Shown here: positions 1-11,384 of the stretch, piece after piece
Position numbering within the stretch: position 1 is the stretch's first letter
Layout: each line of letters starts with the position of its first letter
DNA from: Botryllus schlosseri
Taxonomy: Eukaryota
DNA: 64,000 nucleotides
Reading direction: 5' to 3'
Assembly (NCBI GenBank): GCA_051294905.1
Contig: CM119380.1
Location: 1,860,001-1,924,000 of the forward strand
Position numbers and translations under genes: made by a program
Notes under the pieces: model-generated
Database searches by the model: none
Seen by the model: the letters and a program-made list of their open reading frames with translations, nothing else
Told to the model about the DNA's origin: nothing

Positions 1-519
1 AAACCTCGCCACGAAAGCCATTTTATCCTGTAATATACATAACCACTATTCGAACATGTTCTTGGAGGTACAGAACTTCAATATACAATTGAGTACCGCA
101 CTATATTCATATTGAAATGAACCCGAGTATTTTCGGCTGACACTCGTCATATATCAGACAATGATATACCTGCCCTTAAAGTTCGGCTATCAGATTTGGC
201 ACATTCTTATTGCAGATTCCCTATCTACAAGGCTGGATTTTTGATGAACAAGGAGTGTTTCGTTGCTATCAAAGCATTACGCTCCAACCCTGAAATTCAT
301 ATCACCAGTTATATTGGTATGCACTATGCAGCCTTGTCTTGTTAATGCTCAATTGTTCATGGTCGAAAATGTTTGCTCGTAAATATATATGTAGGCTAAA
401 CCCGAACATAACACGTCGTTTCCTGACAGTCTTTCTGAGGTTGGAAAACTTGGATCCATTCTTTGGCGCATAAAATTTGTCTATACTTTTAGATTTGGAT
501 TTCACTTTGACGGTAGAAA

Positions 520-557
520 CTCTCTGCGGCTCGCGATCCGTACGTTGCCCGTCCCTG
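520..557. mobile_element. Right end of a hAT (Buster/Charlie-type) element; left end not found in window
   Basis: TIR-like gttgcccgtccctg at 544-557 (revcomp cagggacgggcaac), followed by cgctagat (558-565), an nnnTAnnn-type target half. Confidence 0.55.
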
Positions 558-934
558 CGCTAGATGCTGGACGTGATATGTTCATAAAATATATGTTTCT
601 TCATTTTGGTGCCATAAATGTTGTGATCACACCAAAATTATCGTCGGAAGCGTTATGCGTTAGTATTGCATTAGCCTCCATCTATCTTTGCGGAAATGGT
701 TTTTAGCACTCCTTGTTCATATCAAATCGAAGACGCGGATTTTCAAGAGACGACCTAGTACTTCCAGAAAAACAGCAGCAAAATTAGCGGCGAAATAATA
801 AAAGTCTACCAATTTCTGCATAAATGGTATGAGGCTACTTTCAAGAGAAATCATTATTTTGCTGTTTATCACAAGCCTACAGTTCATATTTGCACAAGAC
901 AGATGAAGGTTGCATCGTAATAGAGCTAAAATTG

Positions 935-1012
935 AACTAAAACTTGAGGGGTCCGCAAGGGTCCGTGACGGTCAAAAGGGGTCCGCGAAGCCAAAAAGGT
1001 TGAGAACCACTG
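935..1012. mobile_element. Right end of a Charlie-type hAT MITE interrupting the neighbouring transposase ORF
   Basis: gggtccgc subterminal repeats and terminus aaaaggttgagaaccactg, followed by ctgtagat (1013-1020). The transposase ORF loses homology exactly here. Confidence 0.65.
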
Positions 1013-1705
1013 CTGTAGATAGATGTGATATATCGAATCAAGCACATCATTTTGAATAGTCTTTGAGGTACCCTTAGCTACTGTCGCGGTGTCGAGATGT
1101 TCGCGCAAAATGCTATCAATGGAAGCCGTGTATTTAATTAGATCCAAAAATACCCCCCTATTGAGAGAGCATTCCTTCTCATCGTGGCCTCGAAGGGGCA
1201 ATTCATGAACTCCAATAAAGTTAACGGCATCAATCACCCGAGAGAGAACATGCCTATTCTTATCTACAAGCTCATTGTGCTTGCAGACTGATACGCGATA
1301 ACTTTCATTGAGCTGCGACATTACATTTACTCTGCCAAACAATTTATATTTAACTGCACTAGCCATGTGCACTTGGGATTTTTGGTGCGTTTTCAGACGC
1401 TCTGACAAATGCTTCAGATCGCGATAACCAATTTTGTTCCAACAAGAGCCACTGCTTCCGGTACCGGCACTGTCGAATAAAAGACAGTAAAAGCAAAACA
1501 AGGCGTTTTTATCCTCGCCATAAGTAAGCCATTCATTTTTATCGAAATGCGCTGAAGAAAAGGCACGAGTGCGCTTTCCTCCGGCGTACGATTGGATCAA
1601 TGGGCAATTTCTAGGCTGATACGGACCTAGTCGCTTTACCTCTAATTTTTGCTCTAAAGGCAACTGGCTAAACGGCGTACGGAGCAAAGATTCAACACGA
1701 TTCAT
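1013..1705 (-). pseudogene. N-terminal part of a hAT transposase (TTF-type zinc finger + DUF4371; ZMYM1-like)
   Basis: ORF 926-1705: WLTY...LFCFYCLLF, WNKIGYRDLKHLSERLKTHQKSQVH, LPLRGHDE, NRGVFLDL, SKTIQNDVLD. Truncated by the insertion at 1012. Confidence 0.85.
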
Positions 1706-3247
1706 GTTCGCACTTGACCTGACTATACTTATCTGCAGAAATGGAAATGACTATAAATCGAGAGATTGCGTATGCCCAACTGGAAAGGTCAACGAGTTCG
1801 GACACATACGCAATTGTTATCTCATAGATCGGACAAGGAAATGTCATATTGAATCCAAAACATCATTCTGAAGAACTACGGATAGCAGCCTCGGAAATTC
1901 GGTCCCGGTACAGCTTGGGAGATTCTGGCCTTGAGGCTGGAGACTGTCACACGACACATACGGCTTACGGTCTATAGTGTCTATATGTCTGCTGCAAAAT
2001 CGCCTTCGGAAAATATATTACCGAATAAATACGTGGATGAAAGCCGAAAACTTGGTACACTGTTACATGAAATCATCGAGAAGTATAGCCTCATGACCGT
2101 TTTCGGTATGGTACACTGTCAAAATTAATACGAACAGATCAACGCCGAATTTTGCGTAATATTTACTGAGGAATCGGCTGATCAAGCGATCAGCTGTTAG
2201 CCGCCATCGAAAACGAAACAGCTATCGCGCTTGACAGGGGTTGTAATTGTGAGCAAATGGCCCGAAGGCCACCATTCCACGGTGAAATTGACATTGGAGA
2301 ATATAAAATAAAACTAAATATTTGAATGCAAACCGAGGATGTTAGTAAACTGTTTCATGATATCATCATCTCATCACCTATCTCAGTATAGAACACAGAT
2401 ACACCGGCTTTTGCGTGAAATCCGCAATGCGTTAGGTAGGCTAAGTGTCAGATCAGCGCACATCTCTACCATATTCGAACTTAATAACGAAATTGCTGCC
2501 CTAATCATTGAGTGTCAACCTTGAGACTTGGCACAGCGTTCGTTACTAAAATCAAGACATACCATGTAAAAGTTCATGACGGATCTAGCTAAGGAGCATC
2601 GTTAAAATCAATGGAGACCAATACCGTCTTTGCGTGAAATATGTTTGCGATGCATGACCGATCAGCACACACTCGACTTTGGAAACGGAATTACTACCCT
2701 AAACTTTGAGTAGAAACCCTGAAACTTAGGACAGTGTTAAATACCACCATCACGACATGACATACCAAGTTTCAAGAATTATCATGGTGTGAAACACCAT
2801 CAAAATCGACCTGTACCAGCAACGGTCGACTCAACGCATATCACGGTATCCGAGTTCAGATATAGATACGATTGTTACATCACACCTTAGGGGCGAGCAA
2901 GCATATTTGCCCCGGTTGCTCGGCCATTTTACGAATAGGAGAGAGTAAAGCAACGTTTCTTAATTGTGCGCAGCTTTGAGAGAATAGATAGTGAAAGCTT
3001 GTTATGAGCGCTACCGGGGCAAGCCCCGGCTAGGCATTCACAAAGCGAAAACACAGAAGAGAATTCGATTTTCGCGGAGACTTCGCTATGTATGGGCATT
3101 TGCAAGCGAAAGCACAAGAAGAACGCGGGTTTCGCTGTGATCTCGATATATATTGAGCGCTGTGCGTCTATAAATGGTTAAATTGTTATTGAACAGAATT
3201 TTAGGTGGGGCAATGCCCCAGTTGCCCTATAGGACGAGCCGCCACTG
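1013..3247 (-). mobile_element. hAT family A, copy 1 (other end lost)
   Basis: Terminus acgagccgccactg at 3234-3247; colinear with 17375-20479 from about position 1665 onward. Confidence 0.85.
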
Positions 3248-3253
3248 AGTACT

Positions 3254-3420
3254 CAGTGTTGGGATGACTCGAGTCATGACTTGACTCGAATCACTTTTGT
3301 AGTGGCGCCATAGAGCTACCACTACAACTTTGGTAAAATTACTTGACTTGACTTGACTCGGCGTATCAGAAATGTGGATTGACTCGTGACTCGGAGCAAA
3401 ATTTACGAGTCAATCTCTAG
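3254..3420. mobile_element. hAT MITE left-end fragment
   Basis: Starts cagtgttggg, followed by multiple gacttgactc/gactcg subterminal repeats; no matching right end seen. Confidence 0.5.
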
Positions 3421-6400
3421 TCATCTAGTAATCGGTTTTGATAAAAATCACTGTATCTTGCTTTCTTGCATATGTTCGGACCAATCATCCAATGATCGTG
3501 CGTTTAACTGAGCATCCATTATTCTCTCACAATTAAATTGACCACAAACGAATTGATCGAAGCTTGCAGCTCACGTTGTCGTAAACTAGTATAATAAAGT
3601 AATTTAATAGCAACATGTATAGCAACATATTTCTGTTCTCTGTTCATACCCCAACCAAACCTCTTGTTCTATTGAAATTGAATTCGAATATAGTTTACCG
3701 TATATAGTCCTGAACCATTGGCACAGGCTCAGTGAGTAAGTGGTTCAGTGAGTGAGAAAAGAAAAATTTGAATTTCAAAAAGTGCCTATGATATTTGGTC
3801 TCAAATCGCGAATGACTTACTTCTATCATAATTTCAGGTTCCACTCTCTAGTGGCCGTGCAATTTCACCGAACGAGCCGAAAATAACTAATTTTGCAATA
3901 TCTTGAAATACGCTTATGCTAGAAAGCTAGTTTTGGGCTTAAAAGCTGCGGAAGCAACATGTTTCTATATCACTTCCATAGAACTTTGTCTTGAAAATGT
4001 ACAGAAGAAAAGTTACAAGCAAATCAGTGATTTCCAGGCCGCCAATAAAATGTCGGTTGTTTTTACCAAGTTTGCAATGCCAATTTGCATGTTACAATTT
4101 GTTACATTGCGGCTTCAACAACAAAATCTTGTTTGGCGGGACTACGAGTTGATTTATATATCAACCTAGTATAATTTTGATGAGTAAAAGAGAATGATTG
4201 AACTTTCATCATATTGCATCATCACAAACCTTTGTCATTAACTTGGTGGAACGGGTATCTTCTTGTTCAACGCTACAACAAACGATATGCCTAGATTGTT
4301 CAAAAATTGAATCAGTTACAGTAAGTCAGCTATATAATTTATTTATACCTCATACCTGTATGTTTTGTTGAAAATGACGATTTTCATATCAATTGAGACA
4401 TTCGTAAACTGTTGCTTACAAGCTGCTGTACTCATCCTTGGAATATTCCGGAACTCTGATAATCAATCTTAAGTCTCCCAGTAGTAGTGATGATGACTCA
4501 TTTTGAATGTGTTCTGGTTTCTGGTGTATCCAAACCGATTTCTCCGTGTGCAGTATCATAGGCCGCAGGCTGTATGAATAGGCCGCTGTATTTTACTCTG
4601 CTATGTGTGTGAATTGAACTGATATTGTCTAGTATATGTACAGATTCAGAACTTCATCATGTTCGACTTATAGCAGATTGTGCTATATCATATGTACATT
4701 GTACAAGTAATTGACATAACGTTAACAAGAAAAATATCCAAACTCTGTTGTTGCTTGCAAGAAGTTGCTCAAAGTGTTTATGGTTTTCCTTCTGGAATAC
4801 TCCCAATCAAAAATATGCCGAGTGCCCAGTATGTCAAAAAGTGATGTCAAGCAGATCAATACCTACTCACTGTAGAACGATTCATGGCATTGAAACAGAA
4901 AATGTTGCAAACTGCGTCGATCACAAAAAAGGAATATATCTTGTCAGACTGAGCTCTCATGGGGGGATTCCCTACCCTGTTCACATCAGGAAAAATGTGT
5001 CTGAGTTCCATGCCGGAGAGTCGGTAGTGGAATGTGAAAGTAGTGGATGCATGGATTACATGCGGATTATGTGGAAAAGTGGCTTTCCTGCTGCACAGTG
5101 CAAACACCTATGTACAGTCCCAACAAACATTGTGTATCCCAGTAGTGTGGAGTTAACTGATGCCAGTTTGATGAATGGTTCGTCGAGTGGTTCTTACAAA
5201 ATTCTGAAGGATAGCAAAATAAATGGCTGTCGGGAATTGACACAAAAATCAAGGAATGCAGTATGTCCGTTCAAGCAATTCACCATGGTAGATACATTAT
5301 GATTTCTGTGTTTACCCTTGAAAAGCACTATTACTCCCGTCTTGGAAGGATATTAGTTACAGTGGACATGAAAGCGGGACGCCTATCTTGTCGTTGCTGT
5401 GATGCGAAGATGTATTGCATGCATAAGTGCATTAGTCTGTGGTACTTGTCCGAATAGGGACTTATCGACTGTTTTCATTGACAGGATATAGTCGTAGATG
5501 AAGTCGATGAACAGCAAGGAGAAATCTTTGCCGTATCTGATCAACACGATCAAGATCACATTGACCAGCAATTGGTATATCCGCCGAAGGAGTCTTCTGT
5601 ATTAAAGAAAATGTGCACCTACATTTCGTCAAAGAAGCGTATCCCAATTCGTCACAGATCAGGACATTGGCAAAGCACATTCCTAACGAACTTCATCCTA
5701 CCGAGACTGAATGTACAGAGTGTAACACAAAACTTTCAGGTTCTTTATTGATTGCCCGCAACGCAAAAATTCTCACAATGGATATGATTATTGAAAACAT
5801 TCGCGCGTTTTATCGAAAGTATCCAAACTGCAACATGTGTTATCGGTATAAAGAACATGATTTGGGAATTCACAACATCTCTGATGTCTTCCTGGTTTCT
5901 ATTGATGTATGTTGCTACATCAAAGACTCTCTCTGGCATTTTATCCCGATAGGAAGTACTGCTAAAGTGCTCTCTCTGTGTATTGGCAAAACTGTTCAAG
6001 AACACCAATTGGTTAATGCGTATCTGCATTTCGATACACTTTTTGACGCACACGATTACTCATTCAATTGTGATATTTGTGGACATTTCCCAACAATTGT
6101 GATCATGGACCTTTGTAAGAAGATTAATTTCCGGTGTAAGGCATCATACTTGAGCCCTTCTGAATTGGAGAAGGTGGATGAAGTGGATAGTGATGAATAT
6201 TGGGGAAAAGTTGAAAACAACATGGTATTACGCGGATTTCCGCAAAGATCAATTCCTGAATGGGAAATCACTCCAAGGCTATCACAGTGGTCACCCTTCG
6301 TTGGTAAAAACACAAGACGGGGACCAAATCTGTACTACACCGAGCACCGCAAGGTCTCGAAAATTGATGGGTCGTTGGAAGAAGACTGTCGTGAGATGAC

Positions 6401-7262
6401 AGAAGAGCGACTGGTGGAAGCTATGAATAATTTGAATGCAAAAGAATTTGCTCAACTGGTCAAATCAATTCTTGGGAAGGCCGCCTCAAAATTGACTTGC
6501 AAACTTGATAAATTGATTGCTGTCAGAGACGCGATTTCAACAAGTCATGAGACGTTCAAGAAAGCATTCTCCAAATTGGCGGGTTGCCCAGGTGGCTGGG
6601 CATCATGCATCTGTCCTCACGGTGTGGTATATGCGATGAAATTTGTTTTGAGGGCAGAGCACAAGAGATTTTGTCTATTTATTGTTGTCTTTCAAGCATA
6701 TTCCGAACATAGTAATTGTGGACATGGCAAATATGGTAGTTGCTCATGGCAACAAAACATGTCACGGAATGTTCTCTCCACACTCTGGGATGGTTTGTGC
6801 ACCGAGTGAAGAAAATATCGAGAATGCCTCTAAACAAAAATTGTCCATATCGATGCCTTGGATACTGAATCAAAGCAGTTCAAACCCAGACAGTCTATCC
6901 AGTGGCGAAGCACACCCAGTAAGTCGACAGAGCATCCATCTTTGCTTGTATGACCGCTTTCACGAAAGGAATGTGACCAAAAAGAAGGAGGTGTTGCGCC
7001 GCGTCTGTAATATAAAGCAGCTCAGGAACAACATCAATACCCAAGTGGCTGAACAATTGAATGGATATTATAAAAGATCTGATCGTTTTCTCAATCAAAT
7101 GATTCCAGTCAATCATGTATACCTCTTCAGGTCAATTATGGACTACTACAATATTGAATTGAATTCTGCTGTGAAGGCCAGATTTTCGGTCAACAACGAT
7201 ATGGAACTATATTACAATGAGACTGGAAGACTGCGAGCAAGACACTCTTCCTGGTCTGTTAA

Positions 7263-7780
7263 CCAGGATGAGAGATTCTCTCTTTCGAATAAAGGAGATG
7301 CATCTGAAGTCACTGCCGATTTGCCCGAAGTTGGATCCCTGGACGTTCCAATAAATATTGATCCAGACCAGGATGAGAGATTCTCTCTTTCGAATAAAGG
7401 AGATGCATTTGAAGTCACTGCCGATTTGCCCGAAGTTGGATCCCTGGACGTTCCAATAAATATTGATCCAGACCAGGATGAGAGATTCTCTCTTTCAAAT
7501 AAAGGAGATGCATCTGAAGTCACTGCCGATTTGCCCGAAGTTGGATCCCTGGACGTTCCAATAAATATTGATCCAGACCAGGATGAGAGATTCTCTCTTT
7601 CAAATAAAGGAGATGCATCTGAAGTCACTGCCGATTTGCCCGAAGTTGGATCCCTGGACGTTCCAATCAATATTGATCCAGACCAGGATGAGAGATTCTC
7701 TCTTTCAAATAAAGGAGATGCATCTGAAGTCACTGCCGATTTGCCCGATGCTGGATCTACGGACGTTTCAATAAATATTG
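7263..7780 (+). repeat. In-frame 105-bp coding minisatellite, ~5 copies (35-aa acidic unit)
   Basis: ccaggatgagag recurs at 7263, 7368, 7473, 7578, 7683; unit DERFSLSNKGDASEVTADLPEVGSLDVPINIDPDQ. Confidence 0.97.
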
Positions 7781-7829
7781 CTTCTTATAGTGAAGACAAT
7801 GTTAACGAAGAAGTGGATCCTGACACTTG

Positions 7830-8340
7830 GCTGGAGGAATTGGATTTAACTGCAGATGACCGACACATACTGTCAGGTGATGGATGGCTGTCCGACAGGC
7901 ATGTCAATGTGTCAATGAAATTGATGAAAAAAAAAACATCCAGACGTCGGAGGCTTACAGGACGTCATCATTGCTTCCGCCACTGGATACCAGCGTACAT
8001 CGGGTTTCTTTGTACAAATTATTAACCTCAGGCAAAGTCACTGGGTTACAATTTCCAATCGTTTTCCACTATGTGGAAATACTATAGTGTATGACTCATT
8101 GGTGACACAAAATTCAAAGGGAATTGTAGCATATGAACCAAAACTGGATGAAGCGGCTTTTCAGCTCCAGGAGAGTGACGATATTGCGAGTATTGAAATT
8201 GCAAAAGTTCAACAACAAGAGGGAGGCAGTGATTGAGGCCTATTTGCAATTGCTAATGCTGTATGCCTCTGTGCAGGCATATGTCCAACAACGATGAACT
8301 TTAAGATTGGCTTTATTGCAATCGCTGGAAAACATTGACA
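7830..8340 (+). pseudogene. Ulp1/Peptidase C48 SUMO-protease domain of the KDZ polyprotein
   Basis: GWLSDRHVN, then (after a frameshift in a poly-A run near 7930) QIINLRQSHWVTIS, VYDSL, VQQQEGGSD*GLFAIA. The catalytic Cys codon is TGA at 8234-8236. Confidence 0.85.
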
Positions 8341-8414
8341 TTGATATGTTACTCGAAACTGGCACCTGGACAGGCAATGATACAAATGCAACATCTTTAA
8401 CATCTTGGCGCCTT

Positions 8415-8550
8415 CGAATATATTGCACGTGCAAGAAAATGATGATGGGTCCCCCATGGCAGAATGTACGAGATGCAAAGACTGGTATCATTTTCGCTGT
8501 GTGTCAGGCAATGTCCATCATCCAAAATGGATATGCGACCTTTGCCTGAA
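8415..8550 (+). pseudogene. PHD finger of the KDZ polyprotein
   Basis: IYCTC (one frame) + ENDDGSPMAECTRCKDWYHFRCV..WICDLC (next frame): C4HC3 pattern with a 1-nt frameshift. Confidence 0.85.
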
Positions 8551-8779
8551 AAAGGTGGTACGATCGGTGACGCCCGCGTTTCGGAAGGAATACGAAGAAA
8601 TTCAGACTGTAGGCGAGTTGTTAAACAACTCAACAGACAATCGAGTTACCGAACTTTACAAGGCTGTGCAAAAGATGACACCGAAATTGTCATTGCCAAG
8701 AGATGATGCTATTTCGGTGGGAATTTTGTCTCTGGAGGAATACTGGGAAAACATTGATAACCACAGAAAAAGGGATTTA

Positions 8780-9061
8780 ATGGGAATCAATCATCGGCAT
8801 CCCAGGTTTCAGATATGTTTTCTCATTGTGTTCTCGGAATCTTGCAGTGACACATCTACTTTACTCTCCACATTCTTGCATGAATTAGCACATGTCATAC
8901 AGTATGAGGAGAAGGTTTATGGAGCGTCTCACGGCAGTGGGTTCAAAAAAATTGGCAGACGCGTCATCAAATTGGTGTCTCGAAATAAACATCTCCTCCC
9001 AAAAGCTTTTGCAAAAGTAGAAATTAACGAAAGGTTAGTGTTAACTGCAAAATGCTCGTAA
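8780..9061 (+). pseudogene. SprT-like zinc metalloprotease domain ending the KDZ polyprotein
   Basis: TFLHELAHVIQYEEKVYGASHGSGFKKI: HExxH plus a downstream HG..F motif, in the same open frame as the PHD C-terminal half. Confidence 0.7.
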
Positions 9062-9099
9062 TTTTCCAAACATGATTGTCACTTACCGTAATACATTTC

Positions 9100-9900
9100 C
9101 TAGAAGTCGCATTGCTCTTGATTTCATTTTATGTTTTGATCTGCATTGTCTGAGGTGTTTCATAACCTCCAGAGTCATATCAGCTGCTGTGACATTAAAA
9201 TCGTGCATTTTTATTCCTGTGCCCACTGTAAATAACTTATTTGCCTTCGTGGTTTCTGACCTTTCGTCCATTATTTCTGACTTTTTGCTTCCTTGAATTT
9301 TCCAGGAAGAACTTGCTAACCTACATTGTTGCATTGCTCTTGATTTGATATTTTAACCTGCACTGTTTGAAGTGTTTTATAACCTCCATAGTCATATCAG
9401 CTGCTGAAACATTGAATTCGTGTATTTTTGGGCCTGTACCCAAGTTTTTTTGAAGAAATTTCCTAACCTGCAACGTTTCAAGTGTTTCATAACCATATGA
9501 TTCTTATCTCATGCCGTAACATTAAATTCGTGCATTTCTGTTCCTGTGCCCACTGTAAATAACTTATCTTCATTCGTTCTTTCTGACCTTTTGTCTCGTT
9601 AATTTTTTAGTAAGAACTTGCTAACCTGCATTGTTGCATTGCTCTTGATTTGATTTTATATTTTAACCTGCACTGTTTGAAGTGTTTTATAACCTCCAGA
9701 GTCATATCAGCTGCTGAAACATTGAATTCGTGCATTTCTGGGCCTGTACCCAAGAATTGTTAGGAAAAAGTTGCTAACCTGCAACGTTTCAAGTGTTTCG
9801 TAACCACATGATTCTTATCACATGCCGTAATATCGAAGTCGTGCATTTCTTTTCCTGTGCCCACTGTAAATAACTTATCTTCATGTGTTGTTTCTGACGT
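9100..9900. repeat. Diverged tandem repeats (~110-bp subunits, ~300-bp period) 3' of the KDZ ORF
   Basis: gcattgctcttgattt...cataacctccagagtcatatcagctgctg and cctgtgcccactgtaaataacttat each recur three times. Confidence 0.8.
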
Positions 9901-10592
9901 TTCGTTAAATTTTCTAAGAAAAACCTGCTTCTTGAGCGAGTCGGTTGTGTGCATGTGCATTTGTGCAGTCAGATAGTAGATCGAACTTGTAGGAATCATA
10001 TCGATGGGTCTATGCAGGAGAACTAATCAGTTGTTCAAATCTTCCTCTTGTTGCATCTTGCTTAGAGCAACATCGGACTTGGTCAGTAAGAGCAACATCG
10101 GACTTGGTCAGTAAGAGTTACAAACTACTGGTACTATTTTATAGATTTTGTTTACATTATCCACTTACTCGAGTATAGTTCATTATAAACCACTTCTGCT
10201 TGAATGCATTTTTCGCAAAATGGTTCACTGCTTTACGTTTCCGAAAGTAGAAGGTAGTTATGCAGTGACTCTGCATCACTTTTATCAGCAAAATTGTCAC
10301 CAGCACCTCGTGGAATAGCTCCCGTATTTGTGGTATATGAAATGGTGTTCAAAAACGATACCTGCTTATGGGGCTGAATGGTAGCAGCGTGTGATGGCTT
10401 TCGTTGGAAATGCCGCTCCCCATAAGTAGACCGCAGCAAATTTCGACATCGTATTATGTTATAGCAATCTTGTCAAATAATATGCCGCATTTGAGAAATT
10501 CTATATTGCTTGAGACAGAAGCCTCGTCGTCTCATCGCTTATAAGGCCAAAAATGATAAAGACAATTAATAGTGAACGAATGTATATAAGGC

Positions 10593-10790
10593 CAGGGGCG
10601 GCCAACCCGTTGCCCGCGAGTAAATTTTGAGTGGCCCGCGAGATAATTCCCGAAATTAGCTGTAATATCCAATAATTAATATTGCATGTAATTTATACCG
10701 TTTATATGTATCGGCTCGACAAATTATGTAATTTTTTTGTGAATTTGCAGGGTGAATTTGATTAGATTGCCCGCGAAATTTGGGTTGTTA
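10593..10790. mobile_element. hAT MITE left-end fragment
   Basis: caggggcggccaac start with gcccgcga subterminal repeats; no right end found. Confidence 0.55.
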
Positions 10791-11384
10791 GTAACTTGAA
10801 GCATTAGTTCCGACGCATTGGCGTAGTTCGGGGCTCGCCTTGTTTTTCGTAGATCTTCGTGTATGATCATAAAGTATAATATTTCGTGGTAGATTCATTT
10901 GACCTGATATTTTTCTAAGTACTAAGCGCGATTTATTGTCACTCAATTTCTTGTTTTTAGCACCCCCTCCAGAAAATTTACCGAATTGAGTCTGATATAC
11001 TCGCAATTATGAGAGAACGTGTCGTCTGTGTCGACTTCGCATCTGCACTTGCAATTATAGACGTGTAAGCAGGAATCTTCGATATTTATATGTGTGAGCC
11101 CCAAATATTCCTGTCTTTGTCAAATGAGTCCAGCGGCAAGCACAGGCGACCCGCAATAAATGCAAGGGACATTAGTATTGGCCGAACTCATGTATTAACT
11201 TTGCAACTCCAATTTAACAATACCGATCTTGATTCCGGATTTACAATTCCGGAAATACAATTTTAAAGCTAGCAGGTCAACGGAACCACCCATAAATATA
11301 GCCGTCCAAGTCTGAAATCTGAAAATCGGCATAGTTCCGAATGATCGCTCGATAAAATTCCCAATATCATGGTCAATTATTCAT

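Larger units (their letters stand above)
4748..9061 (+). pseudogene. KDZ (Kyakuja-Dileera-Zisupton)-type transposase polyprotein, fragmented by frameshifts and stops
   Basis: Consecutive + ORFs give C2H2 (CPVC..HCRTIH), SWIM-like (CRCCDAKMYCMH), YPP..KKRIP, CxC (PTETECTEC; CDICGHFPTIVIMD), GGWASCICPHGVVYAMKFVLRAE, PNIVIVDMA, LYDRFHERN and INTQVAEQLN. Confidence 0.8.

Noticed and set aside
302-505. 67-aa ORF inside the first hAT relic
   Set aside because: No recognisable motif in any single frame; too degenerate to call.
7212-7733. 173-aa minus-strand repeat ORF
   Set aside because: It is the antisense shadow of the 105-bp coding repeat.
3720-10170. gagtaagtgg (~3734) and ccacttactc (~10161) as possible TIRs of the KDZ element
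   Set aside because: Only a 10-bp match that does not extend, and no TSD.
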